From NCBI GenBank assembly GCA_965213775.1, contig CBDCAC010000002.1:194982-258981 (forward strand): 64,000 nucleotides of DNA, written 5' to 3'. Every line of letters begins with the position of its first letter. The first letter of the stretch is position 1. Source of the DNA: an uncultured Lichenicoccus sp. Its GTDB lineage: Bacteria; Pseudomonadota; Alphaproteobacteria; Acetobacterales; Acetobacteraceae. The notes beneath the pieces are model-generated. The model made no database searches. It saw nothing but the letters and a program-made list of their open reading frames with translations, and was not told the origin of the DNA. The position numbers were made by a program, and so were the translations under genes. Below are positions 11,308 through 20,337 of the stretch, piece after piece.

Positions 11308-11898
11308 ATGCCGCGCCACCTACGCCCCGCCGCCACCAGAGCCCGCCGACCGGCGCCGGCCGCGCTGCTGTGCGGCCTCGGCCTCTCGCTCGCCCTCTCG
11401 CTGTCGCTGGGCGGCTGCAGCGGCGACGACATCGAGCGCGATTTCGGCCTCGTGCGCGACGCGCCGGACGAGTACACCGTGACCACGCGGGCGCCGCTCT
11501 CGATGCCGCCCGACGCGCAGCTGGCCGCCCCGCAGCCCGGCGCCGATCGTCCGCAGGAGCAGAGCACGCGCACCCAGGCGCTGGAGACGCTGGCCCCCGA
11601 CGTGGCGCTGCAGGGTGCGGGCGGCGCCAGCTCGCCCGGACAGAGTGCGCTCGTGCAGAGTGCCGCCGCCAGCAGTGCCACACCCACCGGCGCCGGGCGC
11701 GGCGAGCTCGACCGTCCCGGCACCGGCTTCGTCAACGAGCTGATGTTCTGGCGCGGCGGCCAGGCCGGCTCGCTGGTCGATACGGACGCCGAGAAGCGTC
11801 GCCTGCAGGAGAACGCAGCCCTGGGCCGCGCGCCGACCGACGGCGCCACGCCGACGGTCAAGGCGGACAAGCCCGGCTTCCTGCAAAGCCTGTTCTGA
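11308..11898 (+). CDS. lipoprotein, DUF3035-like
   Basis: Lipobox LGGC; APDEYTVTTRAPLSMPPD motif; follows lspA as commonly seen in alphaproteobacteria. Confidence 0.75.
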   Translation: MPRHLRPAATRARRPAPAALLCGLGLSLALSLSLGGCSGDDIERDFGLVRDAPDEYTVTTRAPLSMPPDAQLAAPQPGADRPQEQSTRTQALETLAPDVALQGAGGASSPGQSALVQSAAASSATPTGAGRGELDRPGTGFVNELMFWRGGQAGSLVDTDAEKRRLQENAALGRAPTDGATPTVKADKPGFLQSLF

Positions 11899-11939
11899 GC
11901 GGCGCCGCCGCGAGCGCGGAGCCAGCACACCCCCCGCCG

Positions 11940-13778
11940 GTGATCCGGCGGCTCTCCGAGCAGGTGGTCAACCGGATCGCCGCCGGCGAGGTGATCGAGC
12001 GGCCGGCGGCGGCGGTCAAAGAGCTGGTCGAGAACGCGATCGACGCCGGCGCGCGCCGCATCGAGGTCAGCCTCGAGGGCGGCGGCATCGAGCGCATCGT
12101 GGTGCGCGACGACGGCCTCGGCATGGCCCCCGCCGCACTGGCGCTGGCGCTGGAGCGGCACTGCACATCGAAGCTGCTCGACGAGACGCTGGTGCGGATC
12201 GCGACCCTGGGGTTTCGCGGCGAGGCGCTGCCCTCGATCGGGGCTGCCGCGCGGCTGTGCCTGACCTCGCGGCCGGCGGGGGCGGCGGAAGCCTGGCAGC
12301 TGCGCGTCGAGGGCGGGGCGGTGGGCGAGCCGGCACCCTGCGCCGGCGGTTTCGGCACCCGCGCGCTGGTCGAGGACCTGTTCTTCGCGACCCCGGCGCG
12401 ACGCAAGTTCCTCAAGAGTGCCCGCATCGAGGCCGGGCACGCCGAGACCGTGCTGCGCCGGCTGGCGCTGGCCGCACCCTGGATCAGCTTCCGCGCCGAG
12501 ATCGACGGCCGCACGGTGCTGGACCTGCCGGCCGCGGACCCTGCCGCGCGCATTGCGGCACTGCTGGCGGAGCCGGCGGCGGGGCTGCTCGCGGTCGCCG
12601 GCGAGCGGCTCGGCATGGTGCTGGAGGGCCTGGCCTGCGGCCCGGCGGTGCATCGCGCGACCGCGTCGGAGCAGTTCCTGGTGGTGAACGGCCGGCCGGT
12701 GTCCGATCCGGTGCTGCGCACCGCGGTGCGCGTCGCCTACCGGCACCTGATCGTCGCCGGCCGCCATCCGGTGCTGGCGCTGTCGCTGACGATCCCGCCG
12801 GAGCGGCTCGACGTGAACGTGCATCCGGCCAAGACCGAGCTGCGCTTCGCCGACGCCGAGGCGGTGCGCGGGCTGGTGATCGGCAGCCTCGGCCGCGCCC
12901 TGGCCGGCGGCGCCGGTACCGGCGGCCGCGTCGCGCTGTCGCCGCAGCGCGCCGGGCGGATCTGGTATCCGGTCGAGCGGGCGGCGACCGGCTTCGCGGA
13001 GGCGACGGCCGCGGCCCCCGCACCTCCCGCCTTGGCACCTTCCGCCTTGGCGTCTCCCATGACGGCACCTCCCGCGGCGGCCGCCGGCGCCACGCTGGCG
13101 CTGGGCACGGCCCCGCAGGCGCGCCGCCTCGACGACGGCGCGGCCCATGCCGCGACGCCGCCGGAGGTCATCGCACCATCGCATCCGCTGGGAGCGGCGG
13201 TGGCGCAGGTGCTTGACACCTACGTGATCGCGGTGGCGGGCGACGGCAGCCTGGTGCTGGTGGATCAGCACGCCGCGCATGAGCGGCTGACCCACGAGGC
13301 GCTGCGCGAGCAGCTGCTGGCAGGTGCGGTGGCGTCGCAGCGGCTGCTGCTGCCCGAGGTGGTGGCGCTGCCGGGGCCGCGGGGCGCGACGCTGCTGTCG
13401 CACGCGGCCGGCCTCGCCCGGCTGGGGCTGGAGATCGAGCCGTTCGGCGGCGGCGCGGTGCTGGTGCGCGCCCTGCCGGCGCTGCTGGGTGCTGCCGATG
13501 CGGCAGCACTGGTGCGCGATCTCGCCGACGAGCTGGCCGACGACGAGCTCGGGCTGCCGGACCAGGCCACGGTGCTGAGCGCGCGCCTCGATGCGGTGCT
13601 CGCCCGCATGGCCTGCCACGGCAGCATACGCGCCGGCCGCAGGCTGCAGCGCGCGGAGATGGACGCGCTGCTGCGACGCATGGAGGCGACGCCGCGCGCC
13701 GCCACCTGCCCGCACGGGCGCCCGACCTATCTCCGGCTCAGCCGGCACGAGATCGAGCGCCTGTTCGGGCGCAGCTGA
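11940..13778 (+). CDS. mutL: DNA mismatch repair endonuclease MutL (possible CTG start at 11895)
   Basis: IAAGEVIERP, KELVENAIDAG, GFRGEAL, DVNVHPAK, DQHAAHER, CPHGRP. Confidence 0.96.
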   Translation: MIRRLSEQVVNRIAAGEVIERPAAAVKELVENAIDAGARRIEVSLEGGGIERIVVRDDGLGMAPAALALALERHCTSKLLDETLVRIATLGFRGEALPSIGAAARLCLTSRPAGAAEAWQLRVEGGAVGEPAPCAGGFGTRALVEDLFFATPARRKFLKSARIEAGHAETVLRRLALAAPWISFRAEIDGRTVLDLPAADPAARIAALLAEPAAGLLAVAGERLGMVLEGLACGPAVHRATASEQFLVVNGRPVSDPVLRTAVRVAYRHLIVAGRHPVLALSLTIPPERLDVNVHPAKTELRFADAEAVRGLVIGSLGRALAGGAGTGGRVALSPQRAGRIWYPVERAATGFAEATAAAPAPPALAPSALASPMTAPPAAAAGATLALGTAPQARRLDDGAAHAATPPEVIAPSHPLGAAVAQVLDTYVIAVAGDGSLVLVDQHAAHERLTHEALREQLLAGAVASQRLLLPEVVALPGPRGATLLSHAAGLARLGLEIEPFGGGAVLVRALPALLGAADAAALVRDLADELADDELGLPDQATVLSARLDAVLARMACHGSIRAGRRLQRAEMDALLRRMEATPRAATCPHGRPTYLRLSRHEIERLFGRS

Positions 13779-13882
13779 GGCCGCGCCTGAGGCTGGAGCC
13801 GGGGCCGGGGCCGCTGGCCGGTGCGCGGCAACATCGCTAGGTTCGCCGCGTTGACCGTCTCCGCTCCCGCATCGAGGCCGAA

Positions 13883-15412
13883 TTGCACCTGCCGCTGCTC
13901 TCCCTGGTCACCTTCCTGCCCCTGCTGGGGGCGCTGCTGCTGCTGCTGGTGCGCACCCGCGGCGCGGCCGCGGAGGCGACGTCGCGGCGCATCGCGCTAT
14001 GGACCAGCTTGCTGGTGTGGGTGCTGTCGCTGGCCCTGTGGCTCGGCTTCGCGCCCGCCCGCCCGGGCTTCCAGTTCGAGGAGCGGGCGGACTGGATGCC
14101 GCGCTTCGGGGTCTCGTACCATGTCGGGCTCGACGGCATCAGCCTGCTGTTCGTGCTGCTCGCCACCACGCTCACGCCGATCGCGGTGCTCGCCTCGTGG
14201 CGCATCGCCGGCAGCCGGGTGCGCGACTACATGCTGACCATCCTGCTGCTGGAGACCACCCTGGTCGGGCTGTTCTCGTCCCTCGACTTCATCGTGTTCT
14301 ACGTGTTCTTCGAGGCGACGCTGATCCCGTCCAGCCTGCTGATCGGCATCTGGGGCGGCGAGAAGCGGGTCGCGGCGTCGCTGAAGTTCTTCCTGTTCAC
14401 CTTCGGCGGCTCGCTGTTCATGCTGGTGGCGCTGCTGTGGATGTGGCGCATCGCCGGCACCACCGACATCCCGGTGCTGATGCACACCGCGTTCCGGCCG
14501 GCAACGCAGATGTGGATGTTCCTGGCCTTCGCGCTGGCCTTCGGGGTGAAGCTGCCGCTGTTCCCGCTGCATGGCTGGATGCCGGACGCCTACACCGAGG
14601 CGCCGGCGCCGGCGGCGGTGCTGATCTCGGGCGTGCTGTCCAAGGCCGGCGCCTACGGCTTCCTGCGCTTCGCCATCACCATGCTGCCCGACGCGGCACA
14701 CCGCGCGGCACCGTGGATGATCGCGCTCGGCATCGTCGCCGTGATCTACGCCGCCATCGTCGCACTCGCGCAGACCGACATGAAGCGCCTGGTCGCGTAC
14801 TCCTCGTTCTCCCACATGGGGCTGATCCTGGTCGGGCTGTTCACCCTGAACGGCGCCGGGGTCGGCGGCGCGGTGTTCCAGATGCTCAGCCACGGCATCA
14901 TCATCGCCGCCCTGTTCCTGATCGTGGGCATGCTGTCGGCCCGCACCGGCTCGCGAGAGATCGCGGGCTTCGGCGGCGTGGCGCACCGCATGCCGATGCT
15001 GGCAGCCCTGATGATGCTGTTCGCGATGGCCAATATCGGCCTGCCCGGCACCGGCGCCTTCGTGGGCGAGCTGCTGGTGATGATCGGCGCGATCCAGGTC
15101 GGCTTCTGGGTGGCGCTGCTGTCGGGGATGAGCATGATCCTGGGGGCGGTCTACATGCTGGTGCTGTACCGCCGGGTGATGTTCGGCGCCGCGTCGGGCC
15201 TGATCGGCGCCCTGCGCGACCTCACGGCGGCCGAGATGGCGACGCTGGCGCCGCTGGCGCTTATCACGCTGTGGATGGGCATCCACCCCTCCTCCTTCAC
15301 CCGGGTGTTCGACCCCACGGTGCGCGCCCTGGCCCAGGCCCAGGCCCAGGCCCAGGTGCAGGTCGGATCGGTCGCCCCCGGGCCGGCCGCGGTTGCGTCC
15401 GCCGCGCGCTGA
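13883..15412 (+). CDS. nuoM: stand-alone NADH-quinone oxidoreductase subunit M paralogue
   Basis: GLDGISL, FFEATLIP, KFFLFT, VKLPLFPLHGW, LSKAGAYGF, KRLVAYSSFSHMG, GLPGTGAFVGE; no other nuo genes in window. Confidence 0.88.
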   Translation: MHLPLLSLVTFLPLLGALLLLLVRTRGAAAEATSRRIALWTSLLVWVLSLALWLGFAPARPGFQFEERADWMPRFGVSYHVGLDGISLLFVLLATTLTPIAVLASWRIAGSRVRDYMLTILLLETTLVGLFSSLDFIVFYVFFEATLIPSSLLIGIWGGEKRVAASLKFFLFTFGGSLFMLVALLWMWRIAGTTDIPVLMHTAFRPATQMWMFLAFALAFGVKLPLFPLHGWMPDAYTEAPAPAAVLISGVLSKAGAYGFLRFAITMLPDAAHRAAPWMIALGIVAVIYAAIVALAQTDMKRLVAYSSFSHMGLILVGLFTLNGAGVGGAVFQMLSHGIIIAALFLIVGMLSARTGSREIAGFGGVAHRMPMLAALMMLFAMANIGLPGTGAFVGELLVMIGAIQVGFWVALLSGMSMILGAVYMLVLYRRVMFGAASGLIGALRDLTAAEMATLAPLALITLWMGIHPSSFTRVFDPTVRALAQAQAQAQVQVGSVAPGPAAVASAAR

Positions 15413-15427
15413 CACCATCTGCCGGGC

Positions 15428-16801
15428 ATGCTCGCCTCGCACGACCTCCGACTGCCGACGCCGCCGCTCAAGACCGGGAGGCGGTCGCAGCTTGAGGCGT
15501 TCCTGGTGCTGCGTCGCAACCCGCTGGAGCTGTGGGGGCCCGAGGCCTACGAGCACGGCATCCTGCCCGGCAGCTTCCTCGGCCGCAGCCAGATGCTGCT
15601 CAACGATCCGGCCGCGATCCGCCACGTCCTGCTCGGCAACCACGAGAACTACCGGCGCAACGAGCCGACGCGCCGGGTGCTGCGGCCGATCCTGGGCCAG
15701 GGGCTGTTCCTCGCCGAGGGCGAGGCCTGGCGTCATCAGCGCCGGGTGATCGCGCCGAGCCTGGCGCCGCGCGTGATGCCGATCCTGATCGGGCACATGC
15801 TGCGCGTCGCCGACAGCGCCTGCCACGATCTCGACGGGCGGCTGGGGCGGCCGGTGGACCTGATCTCGGTGCTGCAGCGCCTGACCCTGGACGTCGCCGG
15901 ACAGTCGATGTTCTCGCTGGAGATGGGCCGCTTCGGTGCGGACATGCGCGGCCTGATGATGCGCTACGCGCTGAACCACGCCAAGGTCGGCGTGCTGGAC
16001 CTGATGCTGCCGGGCCACGTCGCCTCGCCGCTGGATCGCGGCCGGGCGGCGTTCCGTCTCGACTGGCTGGCGCTGATCGATCGCATCGTCGCCGCGCGCG
16101 ACGCGGTGCCGCGCGCCCACGACCAGCCGCGCGACCTGCTCGATCTGCTGCGCGGCGCGCGCGACCCGGAGACCGGCCAGGGCTTCGACCACGAGCAGCT
16201 GCGCGACGAGGTCTCCACCCTGATCCTGGCCGGACACGAGACCACGGCGGTGTCGCTGTTCTGGGCCTGCTACATCGCCGCCCGACGCCCCGAGCTGCAG
16301 TCCCGCATCGCCGAGGAGGCGGCCTCGGTCGATCTCGCCGCACCCGACGCGATGCAGCGGCTGAGCTTCACCCGCGCCTTCTTCGACGAGACCCTGCGCC
16401 TGTATCCGCCGGCCTACCTGATCGTGCGCGAGGCCCAGGCGGCCGACGAGATCGCCGGCCATCCGGTGCGCGCCGGCACCGTGATCAGCATCTCGCCCTG
16501 GGTGCTGCACCGCCACCGCGGCCACTGGCAGGATCCGGAACGCTTCGATCCGCAGCGCTTCCTGCCCGGCGCCACGCCGCCCGACCGCATGGTCTACATG
16601 CCGTTCGGCGCCGGGCCGCGCATCTGCGTCGGCGCGCAGTTCGCCCTTACCGAAGGCGTGCTGGTGCTGGCCCGCCTGCTGCGCGAGTTCCGCCTGCAGC
16701 TGATCGGCACGCCGGCGGTGCGGCCGCGCGGGCTGATCACCACCCAGCCGGATCGGCGGGTGCCGTTCCTGCTCGGGCGGCGCGGCTCGCGAGACGGCTA
16801 G
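15428..16801 (+). CDS. cytochrome P450
   Basis: I-helix AGHETT, K-helix ETLRLYPP, FDPQRF, heme motif PFGAGPRICVG. Confidence 0.95.
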   Translation: MLASHDLRLPTPPLKTGRRSQLEAFLVLRRNPLELWGPEAYEHGILPGSFLGRSQMLLNDPAAIRHVLLGNHENYRRNEPTRRVLRPILGQGLFLAEGEAWRHQRRVIAPSLAPRVMPILIGHMLRVADSACHDLDGRLGRPVDLISVLQRLTLDVAGQSMFSLEMGRFGADMRGLMMRYALNHAKVGVLDLMLPGHVASPLDRGRAAFRLDWLALIDRIVAARDAVPRAHDQPRDLLDLLRGARDPETGQGFDHEQLRDEVSTLILAGHETTAVSLFWACYIAARRPELQSRIAEEAASVDLAAPDAMQRLSFTRAFFDETLRLYPPAYLIVREAQAADEIAGHPVRAGTVISISPWVLHRHRGHWQDPERFDPQRFLPGATPPDRMVYMPFGAGPRICVGAQFALTEGVLVLARLLREFRLQLIGTPAVRPRGLITTQPDRRVPFLLGRRGSRDG

Positions 16802-16806
16802 AGGCT

Positions 16807-16856
16807 GGGCAAGGGCGCTGCCCTTGACCCGCTGGGGCCGCAGGTCCCAGGCCCCG
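16807..16856. repeat. dispersed palindromic repeat, half copy (family A)
   Basis: gggcaagggcgctgcccttgacccgctggggcc...cccaggccccg; reverse complement matches 40311-40358 and the right arms of 44003-44103 and 44898-45014. Confidence 0.8.
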
Positions 16857-16882
16857 ATCGTCATTCGATCACTCGGGGGCGG

Positions 16883-17881
16883 TCAGCCTCTTCGGGTTCC
16901 GGGTAACCGCCACAGATCGCCGATCAGACGGTCGTACTTGGCCGGGTGATAGGCGCTGCAGCCGCCGCTGTCGTAGTGCGTGAGCTCGCCGAAGCGCGGC
17001 TTGCCGTCCACCAGGTAGAGGTCGACCCGGACATAGTCGAAGGCGGCGCCGAGCCGCTCGGCGATCTCGATCAGCCGCGCCATGCCTTGCGGCGGCTGCC
17101 AGGACGGGTCGGCCGGACAGCCCTGCGTCACCGGCAGGCGGCGCATCCGCTCGTCGAAGAAGGTGACGCGGTGCAGCCCGAACCGGTCGCGATGCACCCC
17201 GATCAGCCGCACCCGGCCCTCGAAGACGTGGAACTTGAGGTCGCCCGGGATGCCGCCGGCGTCGTCCTGCAGCATCTCCTCGGCGAGCAGACGCGGCGGC
17301 ACGTCGCGATAGCCCCACTCGTCGGTGTCGGCATAGTGGCTGCGTCGCAGCCAGGCCGACGCAGTCGCGAGCGCCGCGTCGCGATCGGTCGACCGCTTGT
17401 CGTGCACCAGCAGGTTCATCGACCAGCCATGGCTCGCCTTGAGCACGAAGCGCCGCGGCAGCGCCTCCCAGTCGATCTGCTCCGCCCGCTGCCAGGTGCC
17501 GAGCAGCGGGATCAGGATCTCGGGGCCGACCCGCGCCGCCACCCAGTCGCGCACCGCGATCTTGTCGATGGTGAGCGGGATCAGCGGGTTGCGGTCATGC
17601 AGGATGCGCCAGCCGATCTTCTCGTTGAAGCTGCGCGGGCGATGCAGGTTGGGCTCGTAGCCCAGCGCCGCGCGCATGCGTCGTCGCAGCCGTCGGGCGG
17701 CGCGCAGCTGCCGCAGCGGCGGCACCAGCTCCGCGAGCCGGTCCAGCAGGTGGCGGAGCGGCAGCGGCCGGGTCGTGATCGGCCCGCCATCGTCGACGAA
17801 CCAGCCGGCGGTGCCCTGCCGCGCGCGGTTGCCCCCGGCGGCGGCGGCATGGTCGATGCCCTCTCCCAGCGAAACCGTCAC
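16883..17881 (-). CDS. TupA-like ATP-grasp fold amidoligase (start uncertain)
   Basis: PRSFNEKI, DKIAVRDWV, LPRRFVLKASHG, EWGYRDVPPRLLAEE, DLKFHVF, YVRVDLY, FGELT motifs. Confidence 0.8.
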   Translation of the reverse strand: MTVSLGEGIDHAAAAGGNRARQGTAGWFVDDGGPITTRPLPLRHLLDRLAELVPPLRQLRAARRLRRRMRAALGYEPNLHRPRSFNEKIGWRILHDRNPLIPLTIDKIAVRDWVAARVGPEILIPLLGTWQRAEQIDWEALPRRFVLKASHGWSMNLLVHDKRSTDRDAALATASAWLRRSHYADTDEWGYRDVPPRLLAEEMLQDDAGGIPGDLKFHVFEGRVRLIGVHRDRFGLHRVTFFDERMRRLPVTQGCPADPSWQPPQGMARLIEIAERLGAAFDYVRVDLYLVDGKPRFGELTHYDSGGCSAYHPAKYDRLIGDLWRLPGTRRG

Positions 17882-17984
17882 CGCGCCCGCTCCCCCGTGC
17901 CGCCAATGCGTTACGGTATTGCAACGAGATAGGCGTGTCGAGATGGCGGCGGTCGCCGCCCTACGGCCGGCTCCCCGATACGAC

Positions 17985-18017
17985 GAAGGCTCCGGGAGGG
18001 TTGCTCCCGGAGCCTTC
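17985..18017 (-). terminator. 14-bp perfect hairpin, putative terminator of the small-ORF transcript
   Basis: gaaggctccgggag-ggttg-ctcccggagccttc; U-tract is weak. Confidence 0.6.
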
Positions 18018-18046
18018 CATTGTCTGAGGCACTGGCCGAAATGGGC

Positions 18047-18136
18047 TCAGGCCGGCATCTCGTTGGAGATGGCGGGAGCCGCGATCCCTGCTGTCCAGGT
18101 CACTTCGAGCGAAGCCTTGGTCAAACAATGAGACAC
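18047..18136 (-). CDS. 29-aa small protein MSHCLTKASLEVTWTAGIAAPAISNEMPA
   Basis: GTG start 7 nt after GGAGG inside AAAGGAGGTGATCCA; TGA at 18047; promoter-like sequence upstream and hairpin downstream. Confidence 0.6.
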   Translation of the reverse strand: MSHCLTKASLEVTWTAGIAAPAISNEMPA

Positions 18137-18169
18137 TGGATCACCTCCTTTCAACTGTTGAGAGGCTCG

Positions 18170-18199
18170 AACGTAGGACAGTGCCGACAAGTCTTACAA
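18170..18199 (-). promoter_or_regulatory. putative sigma70 promoter for the small ORF
   Basis: TTGTAA-N18-TACGTT on - strand. Confidence 0.45.
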
Positions 18200-18265
18200 G
18201 CGATTCCCGCCACGGCGGCCCCGCAGGCCGCCGGCGGACGCATCCCCCATACCAGCGAGACGCGC

Positions 18266-19348
18266 ATGCCCTCCCTGTTCGACCCGATCCGCCTTGGTGC
18301 GATCCACTCTCCCAACCGCATCCTGATGGCGCCGCTGACCCGCGGCCGCGCCACCGCGTCACACCTGCCGACCCCGATCATGGCCGAATACTATGCCCAG
18401 CGTGCCGGTGCCGGGCTGATCATCAGCGAGGCCACCGGCATCAGCCGGGAGGGCCTCGGCTGGCCGTATGCGCCCGGCATCTGGTCCGCCGAGCAGGTGG
18501 CCGGCTGGGCGCCCGTGGTCGAGGCGGTGCACCGCGCCGGCGGCCGCATCGTCTGCCAGCTCTGGCACATGGGCCGGATCGTGCATCCGGACTTCCTCGC
18601 CGGCGCCCCGCCGGTGTCGGCTTCCGCGACCACCGCACCCGGGCAGGCGCACACCTACGCCGGCAAGCAGCCCTACGCCCAGGCGCGTGCGCTCGACTTC
18701 GAGGAGATCCCGCGCCTGCTCGGCGACTACGCACGCGCCGCCGGCCACGCGCGCGACGCCGGCTTCGACGGCGTGCAGATCCACGCCGCCAATGGCTACC
18801 TGATCGACCAGTTCCTGCGCGACGGCGCCAACCTGCGCACCGATGCGTACGGCGGCGTCGTCTCGAACCGCGTCCGCCTGCTGCGCGAGGTCGCCGAGAC
18901 GGTGGCGGCCAAGGTCGGCGCCGACCGCACCGCGGTGAGGATGTCGCCGAACGAGCCGGTGCAGGGCGTGCAGGACAGCGATCCGGTGGCGCTGTTCGCC
19001 GCCGCCGCCGCCGTCCTGCGCGAGCTCGGCATCGGCTTCATCGAGCTGCGCGAGCCCGGTGCGGACGGCAGCTTCGGCCGTGCGGCGCGGCCGCCGGTGG
19101 CGCCGACGATCAGGCAGGCGTTCGGCGGTCCGGTGGTGCTGAACTCGGACTATGACGGCGTCCGCGGCCAGGCGGTGCTGGACCGCGGCGAGGCGGACGC
19201 GATCGCCTTCGGCCGCACCTTCCTGGCCAATCCCGACCTGCCGGAGCGGATCAGGCAGCGCGCACCGCTCAACCCCGACGTGCAGGCGACCTGGTACAGC
19301 CAGGGTGCGGAGGGTTACACCGACTACACGACGCTCGACGCGGCGTGA
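18266..19348 (+). CDS. old yellow enzyme family alkene reductase (NemA-like)
   Basis: NRILMAPLTR, YYAQRA, QLWHMGR, IHAANGYLIDQF, FGRTFLANPDL, EGYTDY. Confidence 0.93.
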   Translation: MPSLFDPIRLGAIHSPNRILMAPLTRGRATASHLPTPIMAEYYAQRAGAGLIISEATGISREGLGWPYAPGIWSAEQVAGWAPVVEAVHRAGGRIVCQLWHMGRIVHPDFLAGAPPVSASATTAPGQAHTYAGKQPYAQARALDFEEIPRLLGDYARAAGHARDAGFDGVQIHAANGYLIDQFLRDGANLRTDAYGGVVSNRVRLLREVAETVAAKVGADRTAVRMSPNEPVQGVQDSDPVALFAAAAAVLRELGIGFIELREPGADGSFGRAARPPVAPTIRQAFGGPVVLNSDYDGVRGQAVLDRGEADAIAFGRTFLANPDLPERIRQRAPLNPDVQATWYSQGAEGYTDYTTLDAA

Positions 19349-19551
19349 CGCGGAACCGGCGAAATAATAAGACCGGGCGGCATATTATTAAGAACCGGGA
19401 TCATTGTTGATCATCGAATTTACTTGATCACGGAACCGTGATATTGGTAATGATCTGCATCGGACGAGAATACCGATACTACAGGTCTTCGGTCCTGCCA
19501 ATGTAACCGTAGTGTTATTTTAATATAACTTTGAGAGAAGGACATAGGACC
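19349..19551 (+). promoter_or_regulatory. AT-rich intergenic region with repeated motifs
   Basis: GAACCG(G) at 19353, 19392, 19433 and GACCGG at 19371; TTGATCA at 19407 and 19424; inverted AATAATA/TATTATT at 19363/19383. Confidence 0.5.
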
Positions 19552-19845
19552 ATGTCTGCCACGATTGTCAGCGGCTCGGCCCACAACATCTTCAATCCGG
19601 CTCACCTGCAAGGCTTCCTGCCGGCCGTCCTGCCAGCCATGCCGCAGACCTTCGGCGCCACCGCCGCGATGGGCGCGCTCGACTTCGCCGCTGCGGCGCG
19701 GATCGGCGCCATCCTGCCCGCGACCACCGTCTCCGGCGGCGTCGCCGCCGCGTCGCCTGCTGTCGCCGGCGGGTCCGCCGCGCAGCTGATCGGCGTGGCC
19801 GCTTCGCTCGGCGGCGGCGTGCACGTCTACACCCACGTCAGCTGA
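19552..19845 (+). CDS. Ala/Gly-rich, nearly uncharged 97-aa hypothetical protein
   Basis: GAGAAGGA SD, host-like GC3-rich codons, dedicated AT-rich upstream region. Confidence 0.7.
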   Translation: MSATIVSGSAHNIFNPAHLQGFLPAVLPAMPQTFGATAAMGALDFAAAARIGAILPATTVSGGVAAASPAVAGGSAAQLIGVAASLGGGVHVYTHVS

Positions 19846-20336
19846 GCCGCGACCGGCCGCAGCAGGTAGCTGACCCGCCTGGCGCCGTCCTGCAGCACGC
19901 CACGCCCGACCTCGGAAAAGCCGAGGCTCGCGTGCAGCGCGTCGGAGGCCGGATTGGGCGGATGGATATTGACCTCACAGGCGATCCGGGTGTGGCCCGC
20001 CGCCGCCGCGTGGCGCAGCAGGTCGGCATAGAGGCGCCTGGCATGGCCCCGCCCGCGCGCCTCGGCCGCGACCGCGACCCGGTCGACATAGACGAACGCC
20101 TCGAAGCGCTCGCGGAACCAGATGAAGTTGCGGCTGCGGTAGTCGGCGCGCTGGTCGAACGCCAGCAGGAACGCCTCGGCCCGGCCGATCCGGCGCGCAT
20201 GGAAGGTGCCGCCGAGCATGGCGGCCAGCGTCGGCGCGTCGAGCCGCGACAGCTCGGTGGCGTGCAGGTTGTTCAGCCGCAGGATCCCCGCCCGGGATGC
20301 CGGCGTGATCTCCAGCAGGCCGGGATCGACCGCTAT
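19827..20336 (-). CDS. GNAT family N-acetyltransferase (non-canonical start inferred; first ATG at 20219)
   Basis: ILRLNNLHATELSRLD, FVYVDRVAV, ARGRGHARRLY, CEVN, SDALHASLGF. Confidence 0.8.
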   Translation of the reverse strand: MAVDPGLLEITPASRAGILRLNNLHATELSRLDAPTLAAMLGGTFHARRIGRAEAFLLAFDQRADYRSRNFIWFRERFEAFVYVDRVAVAAEARGRGHARRLYADLLRHAAAAGHTRIACEVNIHPPNPASDALHASLGFSEVGRGVLQDGARRVSYLLRPVAAQLTWV

Positions 20337-20337
20337 G

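Noticed and set aside
18137-18151. TGGATCACCTCCTTT on the + strand as a 16S rRNA gene or remnant
   Set aside because: No other 16S sequence upstream and no ITS/tRNA downstream; better explained as an extended SD on the - strand
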